Virus record (IMG/VR): IMGVR_UViG_3300044707_000286 | Span: 1 to 40,293 of that record | Reading direction: 5' to 3' (one strand) | DNA: 40,293 nt | Origin: a virus | Lineage: Duplodnaviria > Caudoviricetes | In this document: positions 34,982 through 40,293 of the stretch, piece after piece | Position numbering within the stretch: position 1 is the stretch's first letter | How the letters are laid out: the number at the start of each line of letters is the position of its first letter | Position numbers and translations under genes: made by a program | Notes under the pieces: model-generated | Databases searched by the model: none | What the model saw: the letters and a program-made list of their open reading frames with translations, nothing else | Told to the model about the DNA's origin: nothing

Positions 34982-35052
34982 TAGCAGGGCCGGGAGTTGA
35001 ACCCGGAATTCCAGATTATGAATCTGGTGAGATACCATTTCTCCACCCTGCG
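34982..35052 (-). tRNA. tRNA-Met(CAT), initiator-like acceptor stem; CCA not encoded
   Basis: CGCAGGG-TGGAGAAATGGTATCTCA-CCAGA-TTCATAA-TCTGG-AATT-CCGGG-TTCAACT-CCCGG-CCCTGCT-A folds as a cloverleaf. Confidence 0.85.
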
Positions 35053-35057
35053 ATTTT

Positions 35058-35939
35058 TCATCCCTGCTTGAGCAAGGATGTGACAAGCGCGGCGGCTTCT
35101 CGGTCGCCCTCCATGTAACGCTTGTGCCAAGCATTCTCGGGGTTCGACATGATGTCCTTGGCGCGGGCCGCGCCGGTCATAAACTCGGTGCCGCCCATCG
35201 AGCGACCGACCTTGTCCTCGCTCATCATTTGCGCCATGCGAACAAATCCACGCACGACCTCGGGATCGGAAAATCCATGCGAGTTCGCATCTACGCCCGC
35301 GAGCTTCGCGGCCTGCTTGGCAAGTCCGATGTTTTTCCCGAAATCATTTCCCCACTCTTTTTGCAGAGTCTGCACGGCCTCGGTGCGCTGCTTCTCGTAG
35401 GTCGCTTGGATCGCCTCCAATTTGAACATCTCGGTCTTCGCGTGTTGCGCGACGAGTTCCTTCATGGCCGATGGCGGGATGCCGTGCTTGTGCGCGATCT
35501 CGGCATACGGTTTTGCCATGTCGTCGCTCCATGTCATGCCCTCGGGCAGCGAGTCCGGAGCGAACTTGTATTCCTCCAGAGTTTCGGGAATGCCCATCGC
35601 ACGGCGGAAGGCGGCGACTTCCTCGGGCGAGGATTTCTCGTTGGGGACGCCGAGTTTTTTCCCGATCAGCGCATTCGCGTTCGCGAGCGCCTTCGCCATG
35701 TCGGGAACGCTTTTGTATTTCGCGAGCGTGTCCTTGTAGTCCTTCGCATCGTCGGGCAGGGCATCGAGCCACTTGTCTCCGAAGGTGCCGTCTGGATTCA
35801 CCCAGCCGGTCGAGGGAGTTGAGGGTTGCGTGGTTTCCGCAGCGGGCTGCTGCGCCTGTGCCTCCGGAGAGGCGCTTGTGTTATCGGCTGCGGCGAGAAG
35901 TGATTCCTCGCCGGAGGTGTCGATTGTGGTGTCTTCCAT
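35058..35939 (-). CDS. Capsid scaffolding/assembly protein
   Basis: Acidic N-terminus, W...LP, P...EEY, L.KEWG.DF; located between portal and MCP. Confidence 0.8.
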   Translation of the reverse strand: MEDTTIDTSGEESLLAAADNTSASPEAQAQQPAAETTQPSTPSTGWVNPDGTFGDKWLDALPDDAKDYKDTLAKYKSVPDMAKALANANALIGKKLGVPNEKSSPEEVAAFRRAMGIPETLEEYKFAPDSLPEGMTWSDDMAKPYAEIAHKHGIPPSAMKELVAQHAKTEMFKLEAIQATYEKQRTEAVQTLQKEWGNDFGKNIGLAKQAAKLAGVDANSHGFSDPEVVRGFVRMAQMMSEDKVGRSMGGTEFMTGAARAKDIMSNPENAWHKRYMEGDREAAALVTSLLKQG

Positions 35940-35964
35940 AAATGGTATCAGTCAAAACCGCGCA

Positions 35965-36141
35965 TCAGTCTTGATGCGGGTGGTAACCGAGGTGGGTCGA
36001 GCGACCGGCGTAAGTCTTCTGAAATTCCTCGGGCGCGTAGTCGCGCAGCCACTCGACAAGTTCGATGGTCTTATCGCCGAGCATGGGGTCCATTTCGGGG
36101 CGTGGCGGGATGTCGTTTTTGGGTTCGGATTTCTTGCTCAT
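35965..36141 (-). CDS. Hypothetical protein (58 aa, not in the ORF track)
   Basis: MSKKSEPKNDIPPRPEMDPMLGDKTIELVEWLRDYAPEEFQKTYAGRSTHLGYHPHQD; ATGA-coupled to the upstream gene. Confidence 0.65.
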   Translation of the reverse strand: MSKKSEPKNDIPPRPEMDPMLGDKTIELVEWLRDYAPEEFQKTYAGRSTHLGYHPHQD

Positions 36142-36431
36142 TTTTTGATCTTTCGTTTGGGAGTTTCGATGTCGCCGTCCGCGATGACCGGGCGTTTCAG
36201 CATGGTCTCGATGTGGATGACCACGCCGCGCTGCCCGTCTCGCAAAGCGGCAACAACGGGGTTGTAGTCGTAGCCGGGGAGGAAAACTTGGCTTTCGGTC
36301 GCGAACTGCGCCTTGAGGTCGGCAATGACCGCTTGGCCTTCCTTGGAGGTGAACACACGGTGGTAAGCGTTGGTGATCTTTTGGCGTTCACGCTCGCGTT
36401 TCAACGCGGCGGCTTTGTCTTCGGGAGCCAT
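36138..36431 (-). CDS. Small head-associated protein (Bbp19-like)
   Basis: Y.RVFTSKEGQAVIADL...F...A.RDGQR.VV..I; immediately after the portal gene. Confidence 0.75.
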   Translation of the reverse strand: MAPEDKAAALKRERERQKITNAYHRVFTSKEGQAVIADLKAQFATESQVFLPGYDYNPVVAALRDGQRGVVIHIETMLKRPVIADGDIETPKRKIKK

Positions 36432-38101
36432 CACGCTTGTCCCATCATGCCGGGAAGCATTCCGGCGAGAGCGGAGTCCTGCCGCACGCTGCCCGCTTTG
36501 CCGAGTGCGCTTGCGGTTCGCTCCATCTGCTCGGCCTGCATTTGCTGCTGCGCGGCTTGGGCGCGGGCGGCTCGTTGCTGCGCGACCATTTCCTCGTCCA
36601 TCAGCCAACGAGCAGGGAGACCATCGTTGCGGGCCATGTCGCGGGTGATCTCGTCGAAGTCGAAGTTGTCGAGCATATCGGGCTTGATCTGCGCGTAGGG
36701 CAGAAGCATCTCGCTGGTGCGAACAAAAGCGGCGTTTTCAAGCTGCTTGATCGCGAGGGCGATTCGGGAGTTGTAGGCGATATCCGGCTCGGGGATGAAT
36801 CCGACCATCGCGAGTTGCTGGGGTGGGGGAGGGAACTTGCCTTGTCTGGCCAGCACCGCAAACACACGGCGCAGCATCGGATTGAATAGCTCGGTCGTCA
36901 TCCGGGCAAAGGTCGGCGAGAATTGAATGAGCTTTTCGGCGCTGCGCTCGGCCACCTCGCGAGCGGTCATCTGCTTTTCAAGTTGCGCGAACATCTTGAA
37001 AAGATCGACATGGAACGCCTCGTTGATCGCCTCACGCTTGTGGTTGGCTCGGTCCACGCCGATGTCGTAGCGCCCGCCGGTTCCCCATTCTTTCGGCATC
37101 GCCGAGGGGTTGTTGGGATCGAAATATGTCACGCCCCCGGCGCGGAGATCGATGTCGTTGTCGAATCCCGCTGGAATGAGAATGCGCGGGAACGCATGAA
37201 TCTCGGCGAGCGAGTCGAGTTGCTTTTCCAGAAAGTTGAGTTGCTTGCATTCCGGCAGCGCGGTCCAGCTTGGCGAGTAGCCATAGGCTTCGCAGGATTT
37301 CCACTTGAGGTAACGAGTGACGAAAAACGGTTGCTCGTCGTAACCCGAAACCATCAGCACATGGCGCGAGGCTTTCTCAATGTAAACCGAGGCATACGGC
37401 TTGTTGTTCGCGTCCTTCTTGCCGAGTTCGATCTCGCCCGGCCCCCGGGGATAGATCATGTGGATGATCGTGTATTTCTTGGAGGACTTGGTCGCCTCCA
37501 GTTCCTTCCGCATCGCTTCGGGCAGCGCCTCGACGCCGAACTTCAGCGCGGCTTGCCGGGCGGTCATTTCGTATTCGCGGGAGAGCGTATCGACATAGCC
37601 CTCGTCGTTCTCCGCGATGGCGAACGATCCGATGTCGAGCTTAACAAAGTTGAGCGGGGAATTGCGACCGGCCTCGACCAGAATTGCCGCCGTGCCGAAT
37701 GCGCCACGGTCGAGATAAAGTTCGTGAATCTCCGTGTAAAAATTGCTTCGCGTGAGTTCGGACTGCACGACTTCCGTGCATCGTTTGAACCATTGCTCCA
37801 CCGCATCCTCGGATTCCATTTCCTTCGGTGCGTCCATCGAGAACCAACGGGATTCCATCGGAGTCATCCACGCGAGTTGGCCGTTCGCGAGAATCATGTT
37901 CGCCCGAACCGCCGTGGCATCAAATAGCGCCGTCTCGTCGGCAATGTCCGGCTGCGACTGCTGGGTGAATAGACCGGCTTTCCGTGGCATCACGAACTTC
38001 GCGATGTCCTCCCACAAGGTTTCCCAAGTGGTGCGCTGCTGCACCATTTCTTGGTGCCTTTGGATTACCTTCTCGACGAGTTCGGGATTTTTTCCGGTCA
38101 T
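36431..38101 (-). CDS. Portal (head-tail connector) protein, T7/BPP-1-like
   Basis: WEDIAKFVMPRK, FDATA..AN..LA, SNFY, FGTA, YGYSP, MTAREV.ER..EK. Confidence 0.92.
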   Translation of the reverse strand: MTGKNPELVEKVIQRHQEMVQQRTTWETLWEDIAKFVMPRKAGLFTQQSQPDIADETALFDATAVRANMILANGQLAWMTPMESRWFSMDAPKEMESEDAVEQWFKRCTEVVQSELTRSNFYTEIHELYLDRGAFGTAAILVEAGRNSPLNFVKLDIGSFAIAENDEGYVDTLSREYEMTARQAALKFGVEALPEAMRKELEATKSSKKYTIIHMIYPRGPGEIELGKKDANNKPYASVYIEKASRHVLMVSGYDEQPFFVTRYLKWKSCEAYGYSPSWTALPECKQLNFLEKQLDSLAEIHAFPRILIPAGFDNDIDLRAGGVTYFDPNNPSAMPKEWGTGGRYDIGVDRANHKREAINEAFHVDLFKMFAQLEKQMTAREVAERSAEKLIQFSPTFARMTTELFNPMLRRVFAVLARQGKFPPPPQQLAMVGFIPEPDIAYNSRIALAIKQLENAAFVRTSEMLLPYAQIKPDMLDNFDFDEITRDMARNDGLPARWLMDEEMVAQQRAARAQAAQQQMQAEQMERTASALGKAGSVRQDSALAGMLPGMMGQA

Positions 38102-38121
38102 TGGTATCAGTCAAAACTGCA

Positions 38122-38580
38122 TCAACCGAGAGTCGAGTAGCCGGTCGTCATGGGAGCTTGGTTGCTTTCCCCGGAAAGGATCGACCGGCGCATTCCCTTG
38201 CGTCGAAGCGCTTCTTTGGCCGTGTCTCCAGCGGGATCGCCTGCATCAATTTCTGCGGAAGGGGACGGGGAATTCATGGCCCCCTGTCTCCTCATTTCCT
38301 CAATTTGGAATTGCTGGGCAGCGGCGGCTTCGGCCCTTTGCTGTTCCAATAGTTCCATTTGCTTCCGTTGTGCCTCGGCTTGGGCTTTAGCCTGTGCGGC
38401 GGCTTGCTCTTGCGCCGCCCTCTGCGCAGCAGCTTGCTGTGCAGCCTGCTGCTGCATTTGCTGTTGTTGCTGTTGCGCGGCTTGTTGCTCCTGCTTGCTC
38501 GGGCCTTTGCGTCCGCCTCCTCCGAACCATGCTAAACAGGTGGAGAGAATTGGGTTTTCGGTGTGGTCAGTAAGTCGCAT
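38122..38580 (-). CDS. Small Q/A-rich virion protein preceding the portal (gp7.3-like position)
   Basis: FGGGG, Q/A coiled coil, RRKG.RRSIL...TLG C-terminus. Confidence 0.6.
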   Translation of the reverse strand: MRLTDHTENPILSTCLAWFGGGGRKGPSKQEQQAAQQQQQQMQQQAAQQAAAQRAAQEQAAAQAKAQAEAQRKQMELLEQQRAEAAAAQQFQIEEMRRQGAMNSPSPSAEIDAGDPAGDTAKEALRRKGMRRSILSGESNQAPMTTGYSTLG

Positions 38581-38927
38581 CGCGTTTGGAGTTTCGAGGT
38601 TTCGTAAATCCGGAGAGGGCGGTCTCGCCGACTCCATGCGATGAAGGGAAGTGTATACGGCGCGAAGTTGCAAGGGTTATTTTGACTGATACCGCAATAT
38701 ATAGTGATCAGCCAGCAGTTCTGACACAACCGGCGGTATGTGTGGGCGGCATCGCGCCAGCGTTCCTCGGGGTCAAAAATGTCCACCGGGCGGGCCAGAA
38801 GGAAGAAGTCCTCGGTGTTCACGACCACGCCATTCCAAGCGGTGAGTTCGACCTCCTCGGCGAAACATCGCGGCTGCGGGTAGCGCCGGTAGAGGTCGAG
38901 GATTTGGAGTTCCAGTTCGCGTTTCAC
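38532..38927 (-). CDS. Hypothetical protein
   Basis: GTGA-coupled to the terL stop; 131 aa. Confidence 0.6.
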   Translation of the reverse strand: MKRELELQILDLYRRYPQPRCFAEEVELTAWNGVVVNTEDFFLLARPVDIFDPEERWRDAAHTYRRLCQNCWLITIYCGISQNNPCNFAPYTLPFIAWSRRDRPLRIYETSKLQTRCDLLTTPKTQFSPPV

Positions 38928-40246
38928 CGCCGCACCTTTCCGAATCCACCGCCTCGGAATCCGGCGACGACTTTGATCGCCTCATGGCGCTCCGGTTTGC
39001 GCGGGATCGCGGAGCGGTCGATGACCATCCCGCGCTTGATTGCTTGATGCGAAAGGCTGAACGCATCCGCGAAATGCGATGACCAATCATGGACCGGCAC
39101 ATCCTTGATGGTGACGCCATCGCGTTCTTCCTTGGAATGGTAGGCGTCGAGCGCCTCGATGCCGTCCGCGCACCCGGCTTCGTTCATCGAGATGCGAGGG
39201 AACGCATCGTTGGCAAGATTGATTCCATCCCATACCGAAATCTGCCGAGGCACAGGAACCACGCCGGTCAGTCCGCTGCGAGCGAGTGCCTCTTGCCAGA
39301 GTCCTCCCACTTCCGCTGCGGCATCATGCGGGATGTAATGCCCCCCGTAGGCATATTGGCGATCTTTGAGTCGTGCCGCCCAATCCGCTGGGGTCTTGCA
39401 TTCGTCGGACCCGGAGAGCGCCTCCAAATAATTGATGCGGTCGCCGACCATCTGCCATATCCAGACCTTCTGATTCAGCGGAGCGCCCACATCCCATGAG
39501 GTGTAGACGGGAAGCTCCTTGAACCACAGGACATCGTTAGTGACCCGCTTCTCGGCTCGCGCTTTTTCTAGGGATCGCACATAGATCGCGCCCGGGCGAC
39601 CAATGTTGAAGCTGCACTCGTATTCTTGCTGGAACGCATTTTCCGTGGTTCCACGCCGAATGTCCGCGAGTTCCTCGGGCGGGATGATTCCGCTTTCGCT
39701 CGCCTTGAGTTGGAGTGTGAACCAGTCGTTGTCCGCACACGCTTTGTTCCACATCTTCCAAAAAATGTTTCGCCCCTTCGGCGTTCCCACCCATGTCGCC
39801 CAGCCTTGGTAGTCGGTCAGCGTGGGCCGGATGACATTGTCCCACGCTGCCGGGTCGAGGTCTGCCGCCTCGTCCATCACGACCCCATCGAGATAGATTC
39901 CGCGAAGGCGCTCGTAGGCTTCGCCCGAGTAGAGCCGGATCGTGGCCTCGTTGTGGAAGGTGATCTGCAAATCCGCCTTGTTGATCACCACGCCGGGGAT
40001 TTGCGAGGTGAACTGGACAAGGTATTTCCACGCGATGTCTTTCGCCTGCTCGCGGGTCGGAGCCACATAGGCGTAGCGCAGGGGCGGTCCGCTGCGTTTG
40101 TGCGAGAGCGCCTTGGCGATGAGGTCTTGGATGCAGACGAAACTCTTCCCGGCGCGGCGGTGCAGCACCATCACCGACCAGCGTTGCGTCCGGTGCAGGT
40201 AGCTCGCCAACTGCGGGCGCGGGATGATGTTAATTTTGAGGGCCAC
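38924..40246 (-). CDS. terL: Terminase large subunit
   Basis: Walker A HRRAGKS, YVAPT..QAK, LRG...DGVVMDE, GTPKG, nuclease SWDVG, PHDA, HDWSSHFADAF. Confidence 0.95.
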   Translation of the reverse strand: MALKINIIPRPQLASYLHRTQRWSVMVLHRRAGKSFVCIQDLIAKALSHKRSGPPLRYAYVAPTREQAKDIAWKYLVQFTSQIPGVVINKADLQITFHNEATIRLYSGEAYERLRGIYLDGVVMDEAADLDPAAWDNVIRPTLTDYQGWATWVGTPKGRNIFWKMWNKACADNDWFTLQLKASESGIIPPEELADIRRGTTENAFQQEYECSFNIGRPGAIYVRSLEKARAEKRVTNDVLWFKELPVYTSWDVGAPLNQKVWIWQMVGDRINYLEALSGSDECKTPADWAARLKDRQYAYGGHYIPHDAAAEVGGLWQEALARSGLTGVVPVPRQISVWDGINLANDAFPRISMNEAGCADGIEALDAYHSKEERDGVTIKDVPVHDWSSHFADAFSLSHQAIKRGMVIDRSAIPRKPERHEAIKVVAGFRGGGFGKVRR

Positions 40247-40293
40247 CGATGGTGATGATGTGGTCCAGCCCTCCCGAGACCTCGACCTTCTCC
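40167..40293. repeat. Second copy of the terminal overlap
   Basis: Identical to 1-127. Confidence 0.95.

Larger units (their letters stand above)
444..38694 (-). promoter_or_regulatory. Dispersed 15-bp motif TTT(T/C)GACTGATACCA (9 core copies in the sense orientation and 1 antisense)
   Basis: Copies at 444-458, 1873-1887, 10705-10719, 16116-16130, 16962-16976, 34828-34842, 34964-34978, 35943-35957 and 38102-38116; inverted copy at 38680-38694. Confidence 0.8.

Noticed and set aside
444-38694. CRISPR array or IS ends as the explanation of the 15-bp repeats
   Set aside because: The copies are dispersed rather than regularly spaced, and no transposase or cas operon is present; the Cas4-like nuclease is paired with RecT.
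64-40246. Alternative genetic code / stop-codon recoding
   Set aside because: The standard code gives dense, full-length genes; TGA, TAA and TAG all act as stops with coupled starts, and there is no suppressor tRNA.

Overview
The window is a complete, circular (127-bp terminal overlap 1-127 = 40167-40293; unit length about 40,166 bp) temperate podovirus genome. Every credible protein-coding and tRNA gene is on the minus strand. In transcription order (right to left): terL, portal, scaffold, tRNA-Met, major capsid, a six-fold amplified T7-gp11-like adaptor spread over three ORFs, tail fibre genes, nozzle, internal virion proteins including a 3023-aa polyvalent protein, lysis cassette, attP (3' part of tRNA-Ser CGA), tyrosine integrase, two overlapping RHH regulators, Xis-like protein, RecT, PD-(D/E)XK nuclease, C5 DNA methyltransferase, replication initiator, DnaC-like loader, PAPS-reductase-like protein, SSB-like protein, RusA-like resolvase and terS. 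Most interesting: (1) the (AB|C)(A'B'|C') tandem adaptor array with a conserved break point; (2) a 15-bp motif TTT(T/C)GACTGATACCA at late gene starts and at module joints of the giant protein; (3) repeated use of same-strand overlapping frames to split or nest proteins (MTase, RusA, RHH pair, nested ORF in the giant gene); (4) a structured capsid leader containing an anti-SD; (5) a hybrid initiator-like tRNA-Met. All product calls come from motif recognition and synteny by eye; no searches were run.
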